Assembly: GCA_963817955.1 (NCBI GenBank)
Contig: CAWFQK010000004.1
Coordinates: 928,001-992,000, forward strand
DNA length: 64,000 nucleotides
From: an uncultured Gemmatimonadaceae bacterium
Lineage (GTDB): Bacteria > Gemmatimonadota > Gemmatimonadetes > Gemmatimonadales > Gemmatimonadaceae
Direction of reading: 5' to 3'
In this document: positions 38,150 to 46,835 of the stretch, piece after piece
How positions within the stretch are numbered: position 1 is the first letter of the stretch
Layout of the letters: every line of letters begins with the position of its first letter
Program-made: the position numbers and the translations under genes
Notes under the pieces: generated by a model
The model's database searches: none
Seen by the model: only the letters and a program-made list of their open reading frames with translations
What the model was told of the DNA's origin: nothing

Positions 38150-39313
38150 ATGAAACTCGCCGATTATATCGCCACCCACAAAAACGCCATCCTGGCAGAA
38201 TGGACCGACTTTGCCAAGACGCTCGGACCGCTATCATCGGAGGACAATATCGCTGTGTTGGAGGACCATGCGGTAGGTATGCTCGATGCCATCGTAGCCG
38301 ATCTCCGGACATCAGAGAGCGAGCGCCAGCGCGAGGAGAAGGGGAAGGGGCAGGCTCCCAAGATCGGGGGCGGGGCAAAGACGGCGGCCGAGGTGCACGG
38401 CTCTGGCCGAGCCAAGTCCGGCTTTAGCATTGTGGAAATGATCTCGGAGTACCGTGCTCTGCGGGCGAGCGTCATCCGGCTGTGGATGAAAGAAACCGGC
38501 ATCTTCACGTCCCAGGACAGCGAGGACCGCAGGCGCTTCAACGAGGCCATCGACCAGGCGTTATCCGAGGCCACTCAGCAGTACACCCAGGATATGGACC
38601 GGGCGATGGACATGTTCGTAGCCATCCTGGGCCACGACCTCCGTGTCCCGCTGGACGCCAGCCTCATGGCCTCGCAGTTCCTGCTCGACAAACAGATACA
38701 CGAAGAGCCCGTGCTATCGATGCTGAACGTGATCGCGCGAAGCAACAAACGAATGGCACAGATGGTCTCCGATCTCCTCGACTTCACCCGCGGACTCACT
38801 GCCGACGGCATCCCGATCACTCCTGGCGACATGGACATAGGCCTCGTGGCGAGAGACGCGGTCGATGAATTGGCGGTGGCGGAGCCCGACAGAGTCTTCC
38901 GCTGTATCACGGCCGGCGATCTTCGAGGGTCGTGGGATGCGGCGCGTCTTGGCCAAATGCTCAGCAATTTGCTCGGCAACGCCGTGCAGCACGGCGAGCC
39001 CAAGTCGCCGATCAGCTTGACGGTAGACGGCAAGGGGGCAGACGTGGTTCTTCGAGTCCACGGCGAGGGCGCGCCCATCCCGGAGGACGAGCTACCGCTG
39101 CTGTTCAGTCCCTTCAAGCGCCTCCAGGAAGGGCGGAGCGAAGCAGGCGGTGGTGGCCATCTAGGGCTCGGGCTCTTCATCGCCGAGCGCATCACGCACG
39201 CCCACGGCGGCACCATCGAGGTGCGCTCGACTGAGAAGGAGGGGACGACTTTCACGGTGCGGCTACCGCGGGTAGCCGAGGCGCTCCCCGCTGCAATCGC
39301 GAAGAGAGACTGA
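38150..39313 (+). CDS. Cytoplasmic sensor histidine kinase (RsbRD_N-like N-terminal domain)
   Basis: ILAEWTDFA..AEVHGSGR..GF.IVEMISEYRALRASV. H-box GHDLRVPL, N-box NLLGNAVQHG, G2 LGLGLFI. No TM segment. Confidence 0.9.
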   Translation: MKLADYIATHKNAILAEWTDFAKTLGPLSSEDNIAVLEDHAVGMLDAIVADLRTSESERQREEKGKGQAPKIGGGAKTAAEVHGSGRAKSGFSIVEMISEYRALRASVIRLWMKETGIFTSQDSEDRRRFNEAIDQALSEATQQYTQDMDRAMDMFVAILGHDLRVPLDASLMASQFLLDKQIHEEPVLSMLNVIARSNKRMAQMVSDLLDFTRGLTADGIPITPGDMDIGLVARDAVDELAVAEPDRVFRCITAGDLRGSWDAARLGQMLSNLLGNAVQHGEPKSPISLTVDGKGADVVLRVHGEGAPIPEDELPLLFSPFKRLQEGRSEAGGGGHLGLGLFIAERITHAHGGTIEVRSTEKEGTTFTVRLPRVAEALPAAIAKRD

Positions 39314-39537
39314 CCGTCGTCGGAATGTGGTTCAACTGACGAGTCGCAGAAGGAGCCACGGATAAGGCCTCGGTGTGGCTGGTCACGCTAGTAAGAGCCC
39401 AAGCAGTTTCGGTTTGTGCGTGCCACCAGGCGACCGCTACGACCTACCGCGGGACGAGACCGGAGTGTGGCCACATTTCCAAACGCGGCGGCCAAGACTT
39501 ACCGCATGAGCGTGGCCAAGACTTCCACACGCGGACA

Positions 39538-39566
39538 CCTGTCCCGTGTCCCGTGTCCCGTGTCCC
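39538..39566. repeat. Heptamer array, right half (GTGTCCC)n
   Basis: cctgtc cc gtgtccc gtgtccc gtgtccc, directly after the transposon right end. Confidence 0.88.
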
Positions 39567-39572
39567 GCAAGG

Positions 39573-40568
39573 CTAGTCGGTGAACGTCTCCCGCTGACGG
39601 CGGCGCATCCGACGCAGCTCGTACACCTGCCCCACCTCGCCACCGAGGATGAAGATCAACGCGGCGTAGTACGTCCACACGACGGTGACGACGATCGCCG
39701 TCAATGCGCCAGTGTACAGCGACGCGGGGTTGAACGCGCCGGTGTAGTAGGAGAACACAGTGCGCGCCGCTTCGAACGCGACGCTCGTGAATCCGGCAGC
39801 GACCCAGGCCGTCGCTGTCCGCACGCGGCGGACCGGTAGGTACTTGTAGAGGGCGAAGAACATGAGCGCGATGAACGCGAACGCGAGCGCGCGTCCGATC
39901 CAATACTCCACGCCGCCCATCACATCCTTGCGCAATCCAAGCATGACGAGCGCGCTCGTGCCCTTCCGCGTCGCGAGCATGATGTACGTGCTCACGGTGA
40001 CGCTCGCCACGAACAGCAGGGTGGACACAATGGTGATCTTCACATCGAAGATCTTGCCTGCAATGATCCCACGCTCGCTCTCGATATCGAACACACTGGC
40101 CAGCACGGTGCGCAGAGACCCGAACAGCCGGGTGGAGAACCACACGAAGCCAATGGCGCTGTAAATCGTGAACGAGCCGCGACGGTGCAACAGATCGGCG
40201 ATCAGCGAGTGGTACGGCGACGTGCTGTCCTCGGAGTGCGCCGGCAGCATGCGATCGAGAAAATCGCCCACCGTCTGCGTCGAGTTCACCGCGCCACTGT
40301 AGACCATCGGCAGCAGATAAGTCAGCCCGTTCACCAGCAGCAGGATGAACGGCAGCGCCGCCAGGATCAGGTTGAACGCGATTCCGCCGGCCAGGAACAG
40401 CACATTGTCTTCGCCGCTGTTGTCCCACACGCGCACCGCGTAATCGCGTAGGGTCCATCCAAGGCTGACCAGGAATGGACGCTTCGCCGTGCGGGAGGGG
40501 GGCGTGCCGGTACCGATCGACGCCTCAGCTCTCGTCGAGATCGTCTGCAACCGTGGTGGTGCGGGCAT
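39573..40568 (-). CDS. YihY/virulence factor BrkB family membrane protein
   Basis: DNVLFLAGGIAFN..LAALPF, FALYKYLP, LYTGALTAIV..VWTYYAALIFILGGE. Start uncertain (overlaps the YtxH gene). Confidence 0.85.
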   Translation of the reverse strand: MPAPPRLQTISTRAEASIGTGTPPSRTAKRPFLVSLGWTLRDYAVRVWDNSGEDNVLFLAGGIAFNLILAALPFILLLVNGLTYLLPMVYSGAVNSTQTVGDFLDRMLPAHSEDSTSPYHSLIADLLHRRGSFTIYSAIGFVWFSTRLFGSLRTVLASVFDIESERGIIAGKIFDVKITIVSTLLFVASVTVSTYIMLATRKGTSALVMLGLRKDVMGGVEYWIGRALAFAFIALMFFALYKYLPVRRVRTATAWVAAGFTSVAFEAARTVFSYYTGAFNPASLYTGALTAIVVTVVWTYYAALIFILGGEVGQVYELRRMRRRQRETFTD

Positions 40569-40986
40569 CGCGCGCCCCTGCGGCACCCGTTTCGTAACCA
40601 GCCTTCGTTTCGGCAATGCGTTGCTCCAGTTCCTCGCGCGCTTCGTGCGCCGCCACCCGTCCCGCCTCCATCGCGCGATGCACCTGTCGCTTCTTCAGGT
40701 CGACGGCCAGACGGGCGGAATCAATCTGCTCTTCTACACGCCGCCGCGCGTCCTGATAGGTGTCGAGAACCGTATCGGTCGCGCCAGTCACCACGTGTTC
40801 GGCGGTACGGCGCACGTTCATGGCGCGACGCCTGATGTCGCGCCGCGTCGCCGCGCCCGAGCGCGGCGCGAGGAGCAGCGCGGCACCGGCGCCGAGGGCA
40901 AGGCCAAGGAGGAATGGCGTGATCCCGGCGGATGGCCGCTCGATCACGACATAGGGTTCGTCTTCGTCGAATTTGTACCGCGACAT
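40525..40986 (-). CDS. YtxH domain-containing protein
   Basis: FLLGLALGAGAALLLAPRSGAATRRDI signature. Confidence 0.88.
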   Translation of the reverse strand: MSRYKFDEDEPYVVIERPSAGITPFLLGLALGAGAALLLAPRSGAATRRDIRRRAMNVRRTAEHVVTGATDTVLDTYQDARRRVEEQIDSARLAVDLKKRQVHRAMEAGRVAAHEAREELEQRIAETKAGYETGAAGARDARTTTVADDLDES

Positions 40987-41001
40987 GCTCCGCTCCTGTC
41001 G

Positions 41002-42474
41002 TTAACGCTTCTTGGCCACCGGTTTCTTGGCCGGCGCGCTCGGACGCGCGCCGACGGGTACTTCCACTGGGCGGTTGCCGCTCGCCTCACCATCCCCTGA
41101 CGGCGTTCCGTGCAGCAGAGCGAGTAAATCACGCTGCACATCGTCCGGCGTGACACCGAGCAATTTGGCGGCACGCCCTGCGTCGCCACCAGTGGAAGCG
41201 AACGTGTTGAGCACAAGCTGACGGCGCGCATCGGACATCGTGGCGCCCACCTGGATGGTGACCGACGACGGTGCATTGCCCGCGCCGCGGAGATGGCGTG
41301 GCATGATGTCGACGAGAGTGATCTTCTCGCCGCGTGCCATGATGACGGCCCGTTCCACCGCGTTCTTCAGCTCTCGCACATTTCCGGGCCAATGATACGA
41401 CAGGATCCAATCCCAGGCAGCCGTGTCGAAATCAGTGATCTGCTTTCCATTCTGGCTCGAGTACCGACTGAGAAACTCGGTCGCCAGCAGCTGCGCGTCC
41501 TGGGAGCGCTCACGCAGGGGCGGCAGATCGATCTGCACCACCGCCAAGCGATAGTACAGATCCTCGCGCAGCTCGCCCTCGGCAAGGGCCTTTTGCAGTT
41601 CCCTGTTCGTCGCGGCAACAATGCGGATGTCCACCGGAATTTCCTTCTTGCCGCCCAGCCGGCGCACCACGTGCGTCTCGAGCGCACGCAGCAGCTTCAC
41701 CTGAATGTCCGGCGACATCTCGGCCACTTCGTCGAGAAAGATCGTTCCGCCGCTCGCCATCTCGAAGGCGCCGGGTTTTTCGTTGATGGAACCCGTGAAC
41801 GCGCCCTTCTCGTGGCCGAACAGCTCATTCTCGAGGATTTCCTTCGGCAGCGCGGCGCAATTGAGGGCAAAGAACGGTCCCTTGGCGCGATCGCTCTTCG
41901 AATGTACGGCGCGCGCAACGAGTTCCTTGCCGGTACCCGATTCGCCCAGAATCAGCACGCTCGCCGTGGACGGCGCCACGGCGTCGATGATCTGATACAC
42001 CTCGCGCATCACGTCTGACTGGCCAGTGAGCTCGCCGTAGTGCGTGAGCCCCTCGAGCTTGGACGTCAGTTCGCGGTTCTTCTGCTGCACGTTGAACTTG
42101 TCGATCGCCTTGGGAATGAGGGCCTTGAGCCTGTTCAGCTTCTCGGCGTTGAGCGGCTTTTCGATGTAGTCATACGCGCCCTGCTGCATCGCCTGCACCG
42201 CGGAGTCCACGGTCGCCTGGCCGGTGATGATGATGCACTCCGTCGGAATCTTCTTCTGCTGCAACTCCCGCAGCAGCGTCAACCCGTCGATTTTCGGCAT
42301 CTTGAGATCGGCAAGCACGACGCCATAGCGGTCTTCGGTCAGCCGTTCCAGCGCCTTCTGGCCATCGGACACGACGTCGACACCGTAGCCTTCGTCGGAC
42401 AGGATCGCGCTCAAGCCGGCGGTGATCGCCTGCTCGTCGTCTGCGATGAGAACCTTCGCGTGTGCTGGCTTCAT
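41002..42474 (-). CDS. Sigma-54-dependent response regulator (REC-AAA+-HTH, NtrC family)
   Basis: LIADDE, ADLKMP, GESGTGKELVA, ELFGHEKGAFTGS, FLDEVAEM, WPGNVRELKN. Confidence 0.93.
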   Translation of the reverse strand: MKPAHAKVLIADDEQAITAGLSAILSDEGYGVDVVSDGQKALERLTEDRYGVVLADLKMPKIDGLTLLRELQQKKIPTECIIITGQATVDSAVQAMQQGAYDYIEKPLNAEKLNRLKALIPKAIDKFNVQQKNRELTSKLEGLTHYGELTGQSDVMREVYQIIDAVAPSTASVLILGESGTGKELVARAVHSKSDRAKGPFFALNCAALPKEILENELFGHEKGAFTGSINEKPGAFEMASGGTIFLDEVAEMSPDIQVKLLRALETHVVRRLGGKKEIPVDIRIVAATNRELQKALAEGELREDLYYRLAVVQIDLPPLRERSQDAQLLATEFLSRYSSQNGKQITDFDTAAWDWILSYHWPGNVRELKNAVERAVIMARGEKITLVDIMPRHLRGAGNAPSSVTIQVGATMSDARRQLVLNTFASTGGDAGRAAKLLGVTPDDVQRDLLALLHGTPSGDGEASGNRPVEVPVGARPSAPAKKPVAKKR

Positions 42475-42495
42475 GCGTTCATTGCCCGCCTTCGA

Positions 42496-43143
42496 CTAGC
42501 GAGGAAAACTGATGGATATGGCGGATGATTCCACGGTGATACGAATTTCCGCCTCGGCCGCGGCGACAACGACAGCGCCAACCACGGCTAGCGGCTTGCC
42601 GTCACAACTCTCAATGCGAAGCGCCGGAACCTCGGAGCTGTCCGCTGCCGTGCATCGAACGTGCGTCGAGCCTTCGATCCCGGCGAGCAGACTGCTTCCG
42701 ATCGCCAGGCGCACCGCATCGCCGTTCGCTGACGTGATGCCCAACCCGTCCAGGGTTCCGTCCATGTCGAGCTGCCGCCCGTCGGCGCGGGCCGCCGGTG
42801 CGAGCAACGCACCCATGTGTTTCAGCACAGGCGCAAGCTCCACCGGCGTACGCACCGTCCGCGCCAGCATGAGCAGCGCGTCACTCATCACGATGACGGC
42901 CCCCAGTTGATCCGCTGCCGCGTCCGCGTACTTGACAATCGCCGGCACCTGCGTTTCCGGTCGTTTCGCCCTCGATCGCACCACTTCCAGATTCACCGAC
43001 ACGCCATTCAGTGCACCCTTCAGCTCGTGCGCCGCATGCGCCGTGATGCGGTGCAGTACGTCCAGCCAGAGCGCGTCGATGACCGGCGTGCTCTGGCTGG
43101 TGCGTGACACGACCTGTACACCCATATTGCTCGAATCAGTCAC
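42496..43143 (-). CDS. HisKA-like protein with a degenerate ATPase domain (possible histidine phosphotransferase)
   Basis: H-box AAHELKGALNGVSVNLE. The C-terminal half lacks N/G1/G2 boxes. Sits between fba and the response regulator. Confidence 0.7.
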   Translation of the reverse strand: MTDSSNMGVQVVSRTSQSTPVIDALWLDVLHRITAHAAHELKGALNGVSVNLEVVRSRAKRPETQVPAIVKYADAAADQLGAVIVMSDALLMLARTVRTPVELAPVLKHMGALLAPAARADGRQLDMDGTLDGLGITSANGDAVRLAIGSSLLAGIEGSTHVRCTAADSSEVPALRIESCDGKPLAVVGAVVVAAAEAEIRITVESSAISISFPR

Positions 43144-44542
43144 TCAGGTCCGCGTCGTCCGGCGCCGCGGCAACCGCGAGTGCCTGCGTCGGATCGGCCC
43201 GATGGATGGTGATCGGATGGACGAATGTCTTTACAACCTCCGCCGTGCCACCGATCGCCAGCTGATTGAACAGGAACGTAAACTTCTCATCGTACACCGC
43301 CGCGAGCGTCGCCTTTGCATCAGCAGGCATGTCCCACAGCTGCCGCTTGAACGGTCCGAGCGCCTTTTTACGCGTCTTGTAGAAGAACTGCTCGTCACTG
43401 TCGGTTGGCTTGCGCTCGTCCTTTGCGTTCGCCGACAGCCATTCGTAGATCGTCGCCCGAAGTGCCGGCGGCATGTGGTCGTACAGCATGTTCTGAAAGT
43501 TCGTCGCCAGGTGGATCTCGGCTGTTTCACGTTTTGGAAAATTGTGAAACGCCGTGTCTGGCAGCGTGGACGCACCGTGCTGCACGGCACCGGACATTCC
43601 ATACTCGTCGCGTGCCACCTTTGACAGGCGCTCGAGCGTATCGAGGTCGAGCTTCACGTCGGCAATCGAGCCATCGGCAAGCACCACGCCGCCGTGCGAC
43701 GTGCCCGACTGCACGCTGATCTTCGACAACCCGGCCATCCCATCCGGGAGATTCCGGTTGAAGCCGTCCATGAACGCCCGCAACTCCTCTTCCGTGCTGT
43801 TCGCCGTGCCGACCTCTCCGATCTCCCCGCCAACCGAGATGGTGACGCCGTTCGGTTCCAGCGCGCGCACGGTCTTCAGGATGTCGACACCGACGTCATA
43901 GTTCAGCTTCTGCTGCTCATCGAGCAACGGCTTTGATATGTCGACGAGGGTCGACGTATCAATGTCGATGTTGTAGAACCCCGCAGCGATCGCTTCGCGC
44001 GCCAGCGACTTCACCGCATCCACTTCCGTCAGCCGATCGGCGGCAAACTTCTTGTGGTTCACCTGGAAGTGGTCGCCCTGAATGAACACCGGGCCGCGGA
44101 AGCCCTCGCGCAGTGCCGCCGCGAGCAGCACCGCCACGTATTCCGATGGCCGTTGGTCGGTGTACGCAATCTCCGACCGCGCAATCTCGAGCAGGAACGC
44201 GCCCGCCTTCAACTTGATCGCCGTCCGAAAAATGGAACGCGCGGTATCGTACGCCATGCCCCGGACGTTGATCGCCGGCACGGTGAACCCGTGTATCTCA
44301 CCACGGCCCCGCGCCATATAGAGATCCTGGATGGACGCTGGCCGCACACCGACGGCCTGTCCCAGCTCCCAGATCATCCAGCGGGCGTGATCCTTCTCGT
44401 CGCTGCCACCGAACACCGCAGCGCGCACAAGGTGATCCATTGCCGGCGACGCCAGCGCCGCGTTCTTCAACACCGTGACAAGTCCATCCTGCACGGTGAC
44501 GTCAGGGCCAAAGAGGCTATTGAGTGATTCGATGGTGTCCAT
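43136..44542 (-). CDS. fba: Class II fructose-bisphosphate aldolase
   Basis: TVPAINVRG, QGDHFQ, NIDIDTS, GGEIGEVG, SGTSHGG, VQHGASTLP. Confidence 0.88.
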   Translation of the reverse strand: MDTIESLNSLFGPDVTVQDGLVTVLKNAALASPAMDHLVRAAVFGGSDEKDHARWMIWELGQAVGVRPASIQDLYMARGRGEIHGFTVPAINVRGMAYDTARSIFRTAIKLKAGAFLLEIARSEIAYTDQRPSEYVAVLLAAALREGFRGPVFIQGDHFQVNHKKFAADRLTEVDAVKSLAREAIAAGFYNIDIDTSTLVDISKPLLDEQQKLNYDVGVDILKTVRALEPNGVTISVGGEIGEVGTANSTEEELRAFMDGFNRNLPDGMAGLSKISVQSGTSHGGVVLADGSIADVKLDLDTLERLSKVARDEYGMSGAVQHGASTLPDTAFHNFPKRETAEIHLATNFQNMLYDHMPPALRATIYEWLSANAKDERKPTDSDEQFFYKTRKKALGPFKRQLWDMPADAKATLAAVYDEKFTFLFNQLAIGGTAEVVKTFVHPITIHRADPTQALAVAAAPDDADLSD

Positions 44543-44665
44543 TGGATAGCACGGTTATGAACAGGAAACGGTCATTCATGATGACTTCGGCAAATTAAGC
44601 CGAGCCAACAACAACCGGGGGTAGCCTGGTGAAGCTGCCCACGGAACGCGTCACCGGCAAGTCCG

Positions 44666-46051
44666 TTAAACGCTGTACCGCGTGTCAGGCTTCGGAAGCA
44701 GGTTCCATTCCTGTCGGGCCTGCTCCGCATCTGCCCGCCCGAGCATGGCGTAGGTAAACTGTTTTCCCAGTTCCACTCCAGGCTGATCGAGCGAATTCAC
44801 ACCATAGAGCTCGCCAGCGTAGATCGTCGCGATCTCCAGCAGCATGAACAGGCTCCCGAGCATGTGCGCATCCACCCGATCGACATGGATCGCCATGTTC
44901 GGCCGGCCACGGCGAGCCAGGGCGCCCGCCGTCGCCCGCTGCTCGATCGACAGGAGCTCACCGAGACTGTGTCCGCCAAGGTAGCCGAGCTCTTTCACGT
45001 CCGCGTGCATTTTTGGTATCGTCACGTCCTTCCCGCCTTCTCCTACCACGATGAAGGTCACCGTCTTGTCCGGCGGTCCCTCCATGAACAGCTGCACCTT
45101 GCTATGCTGGTCGGTCGCGCCAAGCGCGCCCATCGGTGTCGGCCCAACCCCGGGGTCGCCCTTTGTGCGATGCTTGCCTAGGCTCTCCGCCCACAACTGC
45201 ACGAACCAGTCGGCGACGTCGCGAAGCGGATCCGCATACGGCATGAGGACGTGGATGTGCCGCCCGAGCGTCGTATGAGCGAGGTACTGCAACGTGGCGA
45301 AAATCGCCGCCGGGTTCTTCGCCAACTGGTCGCTCGCGCAACGCTCGGCCATGTGCTGCGCGCCCGCCAAGAGCTGCATCGTGTCGATGCCCACAAGGGC
45401 AGCCGGCAGCATGCCCACCGGTGTGAGCACGCTGTAACGCCCGCCGACCATCGGCGGAATGTCGAGCGCCGGAATCCGCTCGGCGTTCGCAATCTCGCGA
45501 AGCGCGCCCTTCTCCGGATCGGTAACGAACACGAGATGTACCGTCGGATTGGCGACCTGCTGCGTGAGACGCTCGCGCACGACGAGGTACTGCGCCATCG
45601 TCTCCGCGGTGCCGCCCGACTTCGAGATGACCACGAACAGCGTACGCTCGAGCGACAAGCGCTCGAGCAGGGCGGAAATCGTGGAGGGATCGACGTTATC
45701 GAGTACGTGCAGCCGCGGCTGGCCAGCCCGCTCTTCGCTCGACAACGCGTTCCACGCCGGCTTGAGCAGCGCGGTGCGCAGCGCAATCGGGCCGAGTGCC
45801 GACCCGCCGATGCCGAGCACCACCACGTCGTCGAACCGGCCACGCGCTCTCGCGGCGAAATCGGTGGTCTGGCGATGCAACGCCGCGTCTGTGGGTAGCC
45901 CCAGGAAGCCGAGCTCTCCGGCGGCACGGCGCGCGGCGAATCCGGCGGAGGCGCCACCAAACAGTTGAGGAGCCTTCGCCCAATCGCCCGGCGCAATGCC
46001 GCCGTCGATGACGTCGCCCATCATGTTGGTGTAGTCGATGTGTAGCGTCAT
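44666..46051 (-). CDS. pgi: Glucose-6-phosphate isomerase
   Basis: GIGGSALG, SKSGGTAET, VGGRYSV, QLWAESLGK, DQPGVELGK. Confidence 0.93.
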   Translation of the reverse strand: MTLHIDYTNMMGDVIDGGIAPGDWAKAPQLFGGASAGFAARRAAGELGFLGLPTDAALHRQTTDFAARARGRFDDVVVLGIGGSALGPIALRTALLKPAWNALSSEERAGQPRLHVLDNVDPSTISALLERLSLERTLFVVISKSGGTAETMAQYLVVRERLTQQVANPTVHLVFVTDPEKGALREIANAERIPALDIPPMVGGRYSVLTPVGMLPAALVGIDTMQLLAGAQHMAERCASDQLAKNPAAIFATLQYLAHTTLGRHIHVLMPYADPLRDVADWFVQLWAESLGKHRTKGDPGVGPTPMGALGATDQHSKVQLFMEGPPDKTVTFIVVGEGGKDVTIPKMHADVKELGYLGGHSLGELLSIEQRATAGALARRGRPNMAIHVDRVDAHMLGSLFMLLEIATIYAGELYGVNSLDQPGVELGKQFTYAMLGRADAEQARQEWNLLPKPDTRYSV

Positions 46052-46052
46052 C

Positions 46053-46835
46053 TCAGTCGTCGATGCGAACGGTGAGTTCATCGAATGCCGGAACGATCCC
46101 TCGCGGCAGCTCTGCCTCGAGATCGGCGTGTGGGGTGTTGTGGGTCAAGTGCGTCAGGTACGTGCGCTCGGCGCCGATCTCGCGCGCCGCGGCCACCGCT
46201 TCGGAAATACTGAAATGCGTCGGATGTGCAGTCCGGAACAGCGCGTTGATCACTAGCACACTGGCACCGCGCAGCACGTCCACCGCTTGCGGCGGCAGCG
46301 ACTTGGCGTCGGTGACGTACGCCAGCGGGCCGATTCGATATGCAAAGACCGTGACAGGGCCGTGCGGAACGCGCACGGCCGTCACGTCCAGATCTCCGAT
46401 CGTCAGGCACTGCCCCGCCGAGATGACGTGTAGCCGTCCCTCAGGCTTCGAGGTGCCCGGCAGTGGGCGGATGGCATCGTCGAAGATGTATCGGAATTTC
46501 GTCTCGAGATTCGCGATGGTCTCCGCAGGGCCGTAGACGGGCAGCGGCACGGTACGGCGCACCGTAATCGCCCGCAGATCGTCAATGCCGTGCGTATGAT
46601 CTGCATGGTCGTGGGTGAACAGCACCGCGTCCAACCGGTCGATGCCTGCCGCGAGGAGTTGCAGGCGGAGCTCGGGCGGTGTGTCGATCAGAAGACGAGT
46701 TCCGCCGCTGCTCTCCACCACCGCGCCAACGCGGGTACGCTTGTCACGTGGATCGGGCGAACGGCACACGGCACACGGGCAGCCGATCTGGGGAACGCCA
46801 AAGCTCGTGCCCGTGCCGAGGAACGTGAGCTTCAC
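46053..46835 (-). CDS. MBL-fold metallo-hydrolase (PhnP/YycJ-like)
   Basis: LGTGTSFGVPQIGCPCAVC, THDHADHTHGIDD, AYVTD, THLTH. Confidence 0.9.
   Translation of the reverse strand: MKLTFLGTGTSFGVPQIGCPCAVCRSPDPRDKRTRVGAVVESSGGTRLLIDTPPELRLQLLAAGIDRLDAVLFTHDHADHTHGIDDLRAITVRRTVPLPVYGPAETIANLETKFRYIFDDAIRPLPGTSKPEGRLHVISAGQCLTIGDLDVTAVRVPHGPVTVFAYRIGPLAYVTDAKSLPPQAVDVLRGASVLVINALFRTAHPTHFSISEAVAAAREIGAERTYLTHLTHNTPHADLEAELPRGIVPAFDELTVRIDD

Larger units (their letters stand above)
36018..39537. mobile_element. Non-autonomous DDE-type transposon (IS21/Tn552/Tn7-like ends) carrying a histidine kinase and a nested IS1380
   Basis: Terminal IRs TATACGCGCGTAGAAGTCTTGGCCACG and (reverse complement of right end) TGTCCGCGTGTGGAAGTCTTGGCCACG match at 23/27. 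Three AAGTYYTGGCCA-like motifs per end, 21-24 bp apart. Imperfect 6-bp TSD cgtgtc/cctgtc. Confidence 0.7.

Noticed and set aside
39336..39460. Hammerhead-like CTGACGA-GTC...GAC-GAGAC downstream of the cargo kinase
   Set aside because: The required GAAA core reads GAGA, stem II would enclose about 100 nt, and no convincing stems I/III were found.
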